Below are positions 1-8,278 of a stretch of 64,000 nucleotides of DNA, in pieces. Source of the DNA: Candidatus Aldehydirespirator catecholifindens (GTDB lineage Bacteria > Actinomycetota > Acidimicrobiia > Acidimicrobiales > Aldehydirespiratoraceae); assembly GCA_028283245.1 (NCBI GenBank), contig JAPYNU010000073.1, positions 383-64,382 of the forward strand, in the 5' to 3' direction. A program made the position numbers and the translations under genes. Under the pieces are notes generated by a model. It saw only the letters and a program-made list of their open reading frames with translations, did no database searches and was not told where the DNA came from. Within the stretch, counting starts at the first letter, position 1. Every line of letters begins with the position of its first letter.

Positions 1-1721
1 AGCGGTTCACGTTCAGCGACCGGTATCAGTGTCAACGCGGCGATGCCTGCATGATTAGTTGCGTATTTGTAGGCACGATAAACCCAGGTGTCGCCGAATC
101 CGCTGGGAGAAGCGCCCTTCTCAATAATCTCATCACCTCTAGCCAGCGGAGAGATGTAATGCCAAACGACATCGCCGTCAGGCGTCACCTCACTGACCCT
201 AGCGTGGTTTCCTTCTGTTATCAAGGTGTTACCGTTGGGGAGTCGCTGCGCGTTTGACATGATCCAAGTGTGCTCAGCTAGACGATGACTCCACAAAAGA
301 GTGGGCTGCATGAACCCGCTGCCAGCGCGCAAATAAGTGTGTCCTGAGGAGGGCAAAGCGAGTTCATCCGCTGATGCGTAACTGCGCAGAAAACCCGGAT
401 GCTCGTGTCCATTATTATAAATAAGCACGTTCCCGGCACCTTCTAATCCGCTGGGAATCCAATGAGCATTGTGCGGAAAGAACAGTCGCTGATCGCTCTT
501 GCTGCCATTGTCGTGGGTGCGTGGATTGCCGTAGCGGTATAGCAGATTCCCACCCATATCACTGTCACCGCCAGAACTAGAGGCAGCTTGCTGAGTGGTC
601 GTGCTGTGATCAATCACCCAGACTTCGCTGAAGTGACGAGATGTAATCAAGATCTGCTTCAGTGAAGTGTTGTAGTCAATTGAATTCAAATGCGTCAGGT
701 GATGCGGATCTTTGAGGAAGCCATTACTGCCATCGCGTATCTGACAAACACCATAGTTGATGTCAATTAGTTCGGGGTGGTCCTTGATCGTTCCATAGTT
801 GGCTTTGCTGGAGTCGTGGTCCTGGATTAGATGATCCCAGACATTCCACTTCCATACGACTTGACCGCCAGTAGAGCCACTAGGCTGTATCTCGACTATT
901 GAGTCGACCTCTAACCCACGACTTCCAAGACAGGCAGAGTCTGCGCCAGCAGCAATTGAGTCTGCTCTGCTGTAGTACTCCGAATTGATAAACAAAAAGT
1001 TGCCGTTCGCAAGCTTTATCAAGTCATGATGCTGATCGTTAGTCGCGTGCTCGTATGCCTTATCCCCATTTGGACTGATCTCATTTACATTGGAGCCGGT
1101 GTGACCCGTTATTAGATTGCCACTGTCCAGAAGTTTACCCAAGCCACCAGGACTGTCCCAGCTGTAGGCCTTCCGGCCTTCATTGTCAATCAGGTAGAAT
1201 TGGTTGTGGTACGCGCCCGTCAGCAGCGTGTAACCGTCAAGCGCTTCAGCCTCGTTGACGTGCAAACCAGCGCCCGTGTAGAGCGACGAGGTTCCAACGG
1301 CTATGGTCGCCTCGCTGGTACTGCCGACTGTGTAAGCGGAGTCCGCCACGATACGCACCGTAATCTCCGTGGCCTCAGAGAGATAGTAGATACTGTCGGT
1401 CTCAGATGCTGCAGCAGCTACCACACTCTGCTGATATCCGAGGCTCCGACTGCCTACCCCGGTGACCTCATATCTAACAGTCAATCCTCCCTGAGGAGGG
1501 GGACTAACCGCGAAAGTGCATTCCACTGACCCGGGCACATCTTCGGCCCCTACCGCGGCTACCACAGATGGACAAGAGACCGTAACCATCGGCAAGGTCT
1601 GCGCCTGAGCCTGACGCTGAATGCTGGCCGCTGCCTCAACGAACGCTGCTACCACCAGCATCAGCAAGCCCAGTGGCAGAACCAAGCCAACAAGGAGAGT
1701 TCGCACTACTGCAAGACGCAT
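1..1721 (-). CDS. Secreted/anchored ASST-family (arylsulfotransferase-like) beta-propeller protein; C-terminus lies beyond the left window edge
   Basis: Absent from the supplied ORF track because there is no stop inside the window. Manual minus-strand translation from ATG at 1721 stays open to position 1 (573 codons). It starts with a hydrophobic signal/anchor, MRLAVVRTLLVGLVLPLGLLMLVVAAF. Later motifs are DQHHDLIKLANGNFLF, VVWKWNVWDHLIQDHD, HLNSIDYN..ILITSRHFSEVWVIDH and LPNGNTLITEGN..VTPDGDVVWHY, which I associate with ASST/Arylsulfotran_2 propellers. Confidence 0.6.
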   Translation of the reverse strand, partial: MRLAVVRTLLVGLVLPLGLLMLVVAAFVEAAASIQRQAQAQTLPMVTVSCPSVVAAVGAEDVPGSVECTFAVSPPPQGGLTVRYEVTGVGSRSLGYQQSVVAAAASETDSIYYLSEATEITVRIVADSAYTVGSTSEATIAVGTSSLYTGAGLHVNEAEALDGYTLLTGAYHNQFYLIDNEGRKAYSWDSPGGLGKLLDSGNLITGHTGSNVNEISPNGDKAYEHATNDQHHDLIKLANGNFLFINSEYYSRADSIAAGADSACLGSRGLEVDSIVEIQPSGSTGGQVVWKWNVWDHLIQDHDSSKANYGTIKDHPELIDINYGVCQIRDGSNGFLKDPHHLTHLNSIDYNTSLKQILITSRHFSEVWVIDHSTTTQQAASSSGGDSDMGGNLLYRYGNPRTHDNGSKSDQRLFFPHNAHWIPSGLEGAGNVLIYNNGHEHPGFLRSYASADELALPSSGHTYLRAGSGFMQPTLLWSHRLAEHTWIMSNAQRLPNGNTLITEGNHARVSEVTPDGDVVWHYISPLARGDEIIEKGASPSGFGDTWVYRAYKYATNHAGIAALTLIPVAEREP

Positions 1722-1751
1722 GATCAAACCTTTCTGATGTGCTGCATCCTT

Positions 1752-1779
1752 AGCCGGTATGACTCCAGCCGGTATGACT
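1752..1779. repeat. 13-nt direct repeat (agccggtatgact x2, 15-nt period) in the divergent intergenic region between the ASST-like gene and the mutase gene
   Basis: Read directly: agccggtatgact cc agccggtatgact. Its position between two divergent starts (1721 and 1877) makes it a candidate operator. No binding protein is known. Confidence 0.3.
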
Positions 1780-1876
1780 TTTCAACCCAAGCCTTTGAGT
1801 GGGATAACCTAAAGCCTTCAGGTAATAAGTTGGCGCAGCAGAGCCAAACCGCTACATAATCGCAAAGCATGAGACC

Positions 1877-3466
1877 ATGACCAGCAACCGAGACCAGTTC
1901 ACCACCATGTCGGGTGTTCCTGTGGATCCCGTCTACGGGGAGGGCCCGCTGCCGGGTGAGTTCCCTTACACGCGGGGTATCCATCCCGACATGTACCGCA
2001 GTCGACTGTGGACCATGCGCATGTTCGCCGGTTTCGGCACAGCGGTCGACACCAACGGACGCTTCAAAGAGATCCTGCGTCACGGCGGCACCGGCCTGTC
2101 CACAGCGTTCGACATGCCGACACTAATGGGTCGCGACTCCGACGACGCTGTCTGGTCAACCGGTGAGGTAGGCCGCGCCGGAGTAGCAGTCGACACGCTG
2201 GCCGACATGGAAGACCTTTTTGCCGACATTGACCTTTCAGCCGTGTCAACATCAATGACAATCAACGGCCCGGCCATTGTGGCTCTAGCGAAGTACATCG
2301 CCGTTGGTGATCAGGCGGGCGTGCCCCGAGACCAACTGTCGGGCACGATCCAAAACGACATTCTCAAGGAGTATCAAGCCCAGAAGGAATACATCTACCC
2401 GCCGCGACCCTCAATGCGCATCATCACCGACATGATGCGCTTCACCACTGCCGAGATGCCACGCTGGCATCCAGTGTCAATCTCGGGATACCACATCCGC
2501 GAGGCTGGCGCTACAGCCGCTCAAGAACTGGGTTTCACTCTCGCCAACGGTTTCGCTTACGTGGAGGCAGCCCAGGCGGCAGGGCTTGCAGTAGACGATT
2601 TTGCGAACCGGTTGAGTTTCTTTTTCAACAGCCACAGCGACTTCTTTGAAGAGATCGGCAAATTCCGCGCCGCTCGCCGCATCTGGGCTACCTGGATGAA
2701 GCAGCGTTACGGTGCCACCGAAGAACGCAGTCTCAAGTGCCGCTTCCACACTCAAACCGCTGGCGTGTCGCTCACTGCGCAGCAGCCCGAAATCAACATC
2801 GCCCGGGTTGCTTTGCAGGCCATGGCCGCAGCGCTAGGCGGCACACAGTCGCTTCACACCGATGCCTACGACGAAGCGCTGGCGCTGCCCACAGAAAAAG
2901 CTGCCCGCATCGCTTTGCGCACCCAGCAGATCGTGGCGCATGAAACCGGTGCTGCCAACGTGGCCGACCCGCTCGGAGGTTCACCATATGTGGAATGGAT
3001 CACCGACGAGATGGAGCGCCGAGCCAGCGAGATCTTTGATCATCTGCTGGAACTAGGCAACGGTTCGATGCTTGAAGGTGTCTACGAAGCCGTCGACAAC
3101 GGCTGGTTCGTTGGCCGGATCGCGGACTCCGCTTACCGCTTTGAGCGTGAAGTCAATGACGGCACTCGGATCATTGTTGGTGTCAACGCCTTCACGGAAG
3201 GCAACGACAACAACGGCGACAATCTGCTGCGCATTGATCAAGCCACCGAAGACCTTCAGCTCAAACGCTTGGCGACAGTGAAGCAGGCTCGTGACGATGA
3301 GGCAGTGAGCCGTAGACTTGCAGCGGTGCGAGTCGCCGCTCAAGACCCGACTAAAAACCTGATGCTGCCAGTGATTGATGCGGTCAAGGCTTACGCCACC
3401 GAAGGCGAGATCTGCGATGCTCTCGCCGATGTATTTGGCCGCTACGTCGAACAAGCCGTTGTCTGA
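1877..3466 (+). CDS. B12-dependent acyl-CoA mutase large (catalytic) subunit, isobutyryl-CoA mutase-like (IcmA-like)
   Basis: 529 aa. Mutase TIM-barrel motifs present: YTRGIHPDMY, AFDMPTLMGRDSDD, TIQNDILKEY, SISGYHIREAGATAAQELGF. The two substrate-specificity positions read Phe (MRMFAGF, Tyr89 in MCM) and Gln (EYQAQKEYIYPP, Arg207 in MCM), which is the ICM-type pair. Confidence 0.85.
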   Translation: MTSNRDQFTTMSGVPVDPVYGEGPLPGEFPYTRGIHPDMYRSRLWTMRMFAGFGTAVDTNGRFKEILRHGGTGLSTAFDMPTLMGRDSDDAVWSTGEVGRAGVAVDTLADMEDLFADIDLSAVSTSMTINGPAIVALAKYIAVGDQAGVPRDQLSGTIQNDILKEYQAQKEYIYPPRPSMRIITDMMRFTTAEMPRWHPVSISGYHIREAGATAAQELGFTLANGFAYVEAAQAAGLAVDDFANRLSFFFNSHSDFFEEIGKFRAARRIWATWMKQRYGATEERSLKCRFHTQTAGVSLTAQQPEINIARVALQAMAAALGGTQSLHTDAYDEALALPTEKAARIALRTQQIVAHETGAANVADPLGGSPYVEWITDEMERRASEIFDHLLELGNGSMLEGVYEAVDNGWFVGRIADSAYRFEREVNDGTRIIVGVNAFTEGNDNNGDNLLRIDQATEDLQLKRLATVKQARDDEAVSRRLAAVRVAAQDPTKNLMLPVIDAVKAYATEGEICDALADVFGRYVEQAVV

Positions 3467-3518
3467 CTCTTCTCATCAGCCTGCAAGCCACCAAGAGTCT
3501 GCAAGTCACCAAGCCTCG

Positions 3519-3938
3519 GTGCAGTCTCAAAACCAGCCGCCGATACGGGTGGTGTTGGCGAAACTGGGACTTGATGGCCATGACCGAGGTCTGAAGGTTG
3601 TGGCTCGGATGCTCAGAGACGCCAGCATGGAAGTGATCTATCTCGGTTTGCGCCAAACCACCGAAAGCGTGATCGCAGCGGTCGAACAAGAAGACGCCGA
3701 CGTGATCGGCTTGTCAATGCATAATGCTGGGCACCTTGCACTGGCACCACGAATCCTGCAAGCTTTGCGCGATGCTGGCCTGGATGTGCCGGTGGTGATC
3801 GGAGGGATCGTCCCCGAAAGTGATATTGCGACTCTCACAGAAATGGGGATTAGTGCCGTGCTGCATCCCGGTTCCTCAGCGGTTGAGGTGGCTGAAGCAG
3901 TGCGCGGCTCACTCGGTGAACAACCAGTCGGCAAATAG
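3519..3938 (+). CDS. Acyl-CoA mutase small subunit, cobalamin-binding domain (IcmB-like)
   Basis: DxHxxG B12-binding motif in LGLDGHDRGLKVVARMLRD, then a Rossmann-like DADVIGLS...VVIGG. The track ORF starts at 3375 but overlaps the mutase gene. The first in-frame start after the upstream stop is GTG 3519; GTG 3549 is also possible. Start uncertain. Confidence 0.8.
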   Translation: MQSQNQPPIRVVLAKLGLDGHDRGLKVVARMLRDASMEVIYLGLRQTTESVIAAVEQEDADVIGLSMHNAGHLALAPRILQALRDAGLDVPVVIGGIVPESDIATLTEMGISAVLHPGSSAVEVAEAVRGSLGEQPVGK

Positions 3939-3946
3939 GCAAATAG

Positions 3947-5023
3947 ATGAACCAACTGGAGGGCAGATCCTCAACCGCGGATCTGCTGGAGCAAGCCATA
4001 AACGGCAAACGGCGGGCTCAGGGCCAGTTGCTGACACTGATTGAGCGAGGTGGTTTTGCCGCAGACGAAGTCACCGAACTGCTGCACCACTACACGCAGA
4101 GCCGCGCACACAACAGCACTCTCGCCGGTGCTCGGTGCCATGCTGCTGTTGTCGGTTTCACCGGTGCCCCTGGATGCGGCAAGTCGACACTAGTGGGCTG
4201 CCTTGTGGCCAAAATAACCCAAGAGGCTGGTGTCGGTCGCAGCCCTGCTGTGCTGGCAGTTGATCCTTCTTCGCCTCTTACCGGCGGCGCGATCCTCGGC
4301 GACCGAATCCGCATGGAAGAAAACGTTCCCGCAGCTCGTTCAGACGGCACTGACCGTACGGCTAATGCTGCTGTCGGCGGAGGTGCCTTCATTCGTTCGA
4401 TGGCCACACGGGGTCATGCAGGTGGGCTGGCATTGGCTGTGCCGGCAGCGTTGCGCCTGTTCGAAGCTTGCGGCTACGGGCCGCTCATAGTGGAAACGGC
4501 AGGGGTCGGCCAAGTCGAGGTGGATGTGACCCGCACGGCTGACACCACCGTGGTTATCGTTGCTCCTGGAATGGGCGATGCCGTGCAAGCCAACAAGTCG
4601 GGCCTGCTAGAAGTGGCCGATGTGCTGGTAGTCAACAAGTCTGACCGCCCCGGTGCTGAGGATGCCAGACGAGACTTAGAGCACATGCTTGACCTTGGGC
4701 ACATGACTGGTCTCACTGGACAGTGGCGCCCCAAAGTCATCATGACTACCGCAACCGAAGGCACTGGCGCTGATCAGGTGATTAACGCTGTGCAAGCCCA
4801 TCGTGAACATCTAGAACACGCCGGGCAGCTCGAAGCTCGCCGTGAAGCACGGATACATCAAGAAGTACGCGACAGGGTTTCGCAGTGCCTAGAAACGGCC
4901 GCTGAATACCATTTGGGCACCAAGCCTGATCCTCTGGCCGCGGCACTCAAAGAGCGCATCACGCCAGCCGCTGCAGCAGCGGCGATAAGCCAGCACCTAC
5001 TGGCTTCTGACATGCCAGCCTAA
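3947..5023 (+). CDS. meaB: MeaB/ArgK-type G-protein chaperone for B12 mutases
   Basis: P-loop GAPGCGKSTL, ILGDRIRM...FIRSMATRG..GGLA, and VVNKSD (NKxD). Sits immediately downstream of the mutase subunits. Has about 15 extra residues between the RM and FIRS motifs. Confidence 0.85.
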   Translation: MNQLEGRSSTADLLEQAINGKRRAQGQLLTLIERGGFAADEVTELLHHYTQSRAHNSTLAGARCHAAVVGFTGAPGCGKSTLVGCLVAKITQEAGVGRSPAVLAVDPSSPLTGGAILGDRIRMEENVPAARSDGTDRTANAAVGGGAFIRSMATRGHAGGLALAVPAALRLFEACGYGPLIVETAGVGQVEVDVTRTADTTVVIVAPGMGDAVQANKSGLLEVADVLVVNKSDRPGAEDARRDLEHMLDLGHMTGLTGQWRPKVIMTTATEGTGADQVINAVQAHREHLEHAGQLEARREARIHQEVRDRVSQCLETAAEYHLGTKPDPLAAALKERITPAAAAAAISQHLLASDMPA

Positions 5024-5084
5024 GAGCTCTGACATGCCAGTCAGCAAGATTGAGGGCTGGGAGTTGTAGCTGTAAGCCTGACAA

Positions 5085-5822
5085 CTATTGGACTAGAAGA
5101 ATTCGGCGAGCTTCACTCAACTCGGCGATCCGATCGGCGGCTTCGGCTGCGGCTGCGCCTAGGTCGGGATGAGCCGCCCGCAAAGCTTCACGAAAGCAGC
5201 GACGCACCACTGAGTGCTCCGGCAGTTGATCGGCACGTTCCAATCCCAGAATGTCTAAAGCCCAGCCGACCGGATCGCTCACCGCCAAATCCGATCGTAT
5301 GGACAAGTCGCCTGCGGACAGGTAAGCGAACAGTGCTGGGCCGACATCACCGCGCCATGCAAGCCCCTGACGCACAGCCCGCAAAGCTTCGCTGCGCAAC
5401 AAAGTAGCGGCCATGCCTGCTGCGTAGACAGCACCCAGAATCAACTGACTCGGGGTGGCTCTTGCGCTTTCGAACTCGCAACTCAATCGTTCGAATGATC
5501 CCGATGAGTTCAAAGTGTCGTTTCCGTAGAGACGCTGACGACTGCGTGACAATCCGACCCGATCACTCTGTAGCCGGTGGCGCAGCCGCGGTTGTGCAAT
5601 CGGCTGATTCAGTTCCAGCTCATGAACGAGTTCGGTGACTTCTCCCAGAGCTTCATACGCAAGCTCAGACGAGAATCGGGCACACACTGCACCCAGTAAC
5701 AGGCTCCCTGGAGTGGGTGCATGGCCGTTGGAGGTGGCGTGCAACCGGGTGCGGTCAATGGCCAATCGACGAGTGGGTACTATCGGTCTCGAGTGAAAAA
5801 TGTCAAGCTCAGCCAACAACAC
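5085..5822 (-). CDS. Hypothetical protein with a C-terminal J-domain-like segment (HPD motif)
   Basis: 245 aa. The C-terminal ~60 aa, DPVGWALDILGLERADQLPEHSVVRRCFREALRAAHPDLG...IAELSEARRIL, follows the J-domain pattern (helix II - HPD - helix III). The N-terminal 180 aa are unassigned. Confidence 0.55.
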   Translation of the reverse strand: MLLAELDIFHSRPIVPTRRLAIDRTRLHATSNGHAPTPGSLLLGAVCARFSSELAYEALGEVTELVHELELNQPIAQPRLRHRLQSDRVGLSRSRQRLYGNDTLNSSGSFERLSCEFESARATPSQLILGAVYAAGMAATLLRSEALRAVRQGLAWRGDVGPALFAYLSAGDLSIRSDLAVSDPVGWALDILGLERADQLPEHSVVRRCFREALRAAHPDLGAAAAEAADRIAELSEARRILLVQ

Positions 5823-5859
5823 CAGCTCACGCTAGCGAGCGTCCTGCACATCCCTGCGC

Positions 5860-6996
5860 CTAAGAGGGCTCAGCGGCTGCAGCGGCTGGCGTTAGCGGCT
5901 CGGCAGCGGGTGCTGGCGAATCGTCGGTAGGCCCGAAAGGTGCGTCATCACTATTGAGCGGTAGGCCTTGACCGAAGAACTGCTCAAGCAACTCATTGAG
6001 AGTATCTGGATCGAGTGTTCCTAGACCCGATAAGACATCGTCAAGCGGATCTGAATCATCTTGTTGTGGTGCTCTGGGCGAGCTTTCGGGCATTGCGAAA
6101 CCGAACGGGAACGGTTCACCGTTGCCGAGAAATTCTCGCAGCAGCCGCAGCAGCAGCTCTTGTTGGTCAAGTTGGTCAAGCATTTCCTCAGTGAACAAGC
6201 CTTCAGGGAACGCAAAGCCGAAAGGCATACCGTTTTCTGGTGCCGAACTGTCAGGACCGCCCCCAGACATGCCTCCATCACGACCAGACCAGTCTTCGTA
6301 GTCATCGCTCCAGCCGTCATCGCGATATCTGCCGCGATCGTCGGACCAATCATCGCTCCAGCCGTCATAGTCGCGGTAGCGCCGGTCATCGCGATCAAAC
6401 CTGTAGTCGTCGGACCAACCGTCGTAGCCTCTCAGCCAGTCGTAGATACCCAAGAATCGTTCAAGCAGCCACAGCAACGGGGCAAGATTCAGACCCCATT
6501 GTCTGTCTGTGTAGTTGTGATGGCGGTAGCCGTCACGGTGATAACGGTCGTCTCTGTGGCCGTGGTGGTCATGGCGATGATCATGATGCCGGTAGCTGCG
6601 TTCGTCGTGATGATGATCTCGGTGTTCGCCGTAGTTGGGAACGCCTAAAAAGAAATCGGGGGGAGCCACAGTTGCGTAATCCACCACAACGAAAGAGTCG
6701 TCGTCGTTGTCCAAGACAGCCGCAACGGCCCAAACAGCCGCCGCAACAATCGCAGCAGCCGCAATTACCCCTCCGACTATCAGTGCGCCCGTCCTAGCCC
6801 TGCTCCGCCGCGACTTGCTCTCGGTGAGGCCATCGTCACCGTCGTCATCGTCGACGCCGTCGTCGCGGGCGGTGCTATCGCTACCGGCGGTGCTGTCAGT
6901 GCTGCTATCGCCATTGCCCTCGTCGGTTGCCTCCTCAGCAGCGTTGGTAGCCCCTTGATCGTCGGCAGCTTCGTCAAGCTTTTTCTCATCAGCCAT
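5860..6996 (-). CDS. Single-pass membrane protein with His-rich and DGWSDD / PFGFA repeat regions (unknown function)
   Basis: 378 aa. Acidic N-terminus, then a TM segment LIVGGVIAAAAIVAAAVWAVAAVL. His cluster HRDHHHDERSYRHHDHRHDHHGHRDDRYHRDGYRHH. Four (Y/D)DGWSDD repeats and two PFGFA(F/M)PE modules. Low complexity also opens long ORFs in the other frames. Confidence 0.6.
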   Translation of the reverse strand: MADEKKLDEAADDQGATNAAEEATDEGNGDSSTDSTAGSDSTARDDGVDDDDGDDGLTESKSRRSRARTGALIVGGVIAAAAIVAAAVWAVAAVLDNDDDSFVVVDYATVAPPDFFLGVPNYGEHRDHHHDERSYRHHDHRHDHHGHRDDRYHRDGYRHHNYTDRQWGLNLAPLLWLLERFLGIYDWLRGYDGWSDDYRFDRDDRRYRDYDGWSDDWSDDRGRYRDDGWSDDYEDWSGRDGGMSGGGPDSSAPENGMPFGFAFPEGLFTEEMLDQLDQQELLLRLLREFLGNGEPFPFGFAMPESSPRAPQQDDSDPLDDVLSGLGTLDPDTLNELLEQFFGQGLPLNSDDAPFGPTDDSPAPAAEPLTPAAAAAEPS

Positions 6997-7108
6997 GTCA
7001 CCAATCTAGGCCCGACAAGCAAACACGCTGTCGAAGGGATGCTTGCAGCAGCAGCCGACCTAGTGAAATCGCCCGGTTACATAACCATGTGGCGCGAACG
7101 TGGCGAGC

Positions 7109-8185
7109 CTAAACCAGCGTTCTGAGGGTTTCGGCCATGCTTCTTGCTGCCTCACGCAGAGCTTCGCTGCCTGATTCGGCGTCTTCGCTGCCTGACTGGA
7201 CGTCTTCAGTGTCTGCTGTGCTTTGGGGGTCGTTGCTGGTTTGAGAGTCTGCGTCGTCTTCGGGGGCTTCTTGAACTGCCGTGCTGCGCAAACCCGACAC
7301 ATCCTCAACCAAAACAAGCAGTTCGGCCACCGAGTTGCGCAGGTTTTTCCAGTTACTAGAAGAAAACCCGAAGGGGGTGCGCACACCTGCAATGCGCTGA
7401 GCGGCAGCTCGAACGCTTTGCAATCCGTCGACATCGGCAGGATCGCGACGCAACCGATCACACGCCACGAACAACGTGCTCAACAACTCGTTGACCTCCA
7501 AGCCTTCAAGTTCCTCGAACTGGGCTTCCTCTTCACGCGCCAGCAGATCGTCGATCAACAACTCGACTCGCTCCTCGTCTGCCTCACGCACCAACAAGTC
7601 GCATACGGTGTCGCCAGCATCGTCAGGGTCGTTCTCAAACTCGCCGGGATCAGTTATGTGATCTTCGACAGTCTCAAAAGGCTCTTCAGCATCCTCAATA
7701 GGCTCTTGGGCAGCCTCAAGGGAGCTATGTGTGGCCTCAGTGTCACCTTCGGTGTCGAAAATATGCGACACACGGGACTGCACCAGAAGATCCACTAACT
7801 CCGAACGCAACTCTTCGGGCCATTCGCTTAGATCGAAAGCCGTCAATTCGTCTTCTGGGCCTATCGGTTGATGGGTTGCCTCTTTGGCCTTCTCAGTCTC
7901 TTGCACTTCGTCCACGAGATTGTCTACTGCTGTCTCCAGTGACTCATGGACCATCAGCGTGGTGCCTTGCCACGAATGCACGACCTTGTCAACCACCAGC
8001 AACTGCTGCAGCATCACTCGACTCTCAAGCGACCACTCATGAAGCTCATATGCCAGCCACTCCCCCGCCTCGTCTTCATCAGCGGCATCATCTTTATCGC
8101 CGTCACTATCTTCATCGATGACATCGGCATCACCGCCAGCGCTTCGTCGGAATCTGTCACGAAGCGCAGCAGCCATAAAGGTCAT
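7109..8185 (-). CDS. Highly acidic hypothetical protein with an internally duplicated xEWxxExRxxLxxLL motif
   Basis: The track ORF (to 8296) overlaps the divergent glpX start, so Met38 at 8185 (MTFMAAALRD) is the more plausible start. Two similar segments: YELHEWSLESRVMLQQLLVVDKVVHSW and FDLSEWPEELRSELVDLLVQSRVSHIF. Confidence 0.6.
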   Translation of the reverse strand: MTFMAAALRDRFRRSAGGDADVIDEDSDGDKDDAADEDEAGEWLAYELHEWSLESRVMLQQLLVVDKVVHSWQGTTLMVHESLETAVDNLVDEVQETEKAKEATHQPIGPEDELTAFDLSEWPEELRSELVDLLVQSRVSHIFDTEGDTEATHSSLEAAQEPIEDAEEPFETVEDHITDPGEFENDPDDAGDTVCDLLVREADEERVELLIDDLLAREEEAQFEELEGLEVNELLSTLFVACDRLRRDPADVDGLQSVRAAAQRIAGVRTPFGFSSSNWKNLRNSVAELLVLVEDVSGLRSTAVQEAPEDDADSQTSNDPQSTADTEDVQSGSEDAESGSEALREAARSMAETLRTLV

Positions 8186-8278
8186 TTTGCCATCTAGAGC
8201 ACGCTGCGACACGCAAAGTCGTAACAACGAAGATCGATAAGTGCAGACGTTGGCTGCGCTTGAGATAGCTTCGCGCTT

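Noticed and set aside
3375-3518. Upstream 48 codons of the B12-binding subunit ORF
   Set aside because: They overlap the 3' end of the mutase large-subunit gene and encode non-conserved S/H/Q-rich sequence. The conserved domain starts after 3519.
6061-6797. 195-aa and 185-aa plus-strand ORFs opposite the His/Asp/Trp-rich gene
   Set aside because: Repeat-driven open frames. All frames are open because of the compositional bias. The minus frame is chosen because it has a TM helix, start context and structured repeat modules, but this region is intrinsically hard to call.
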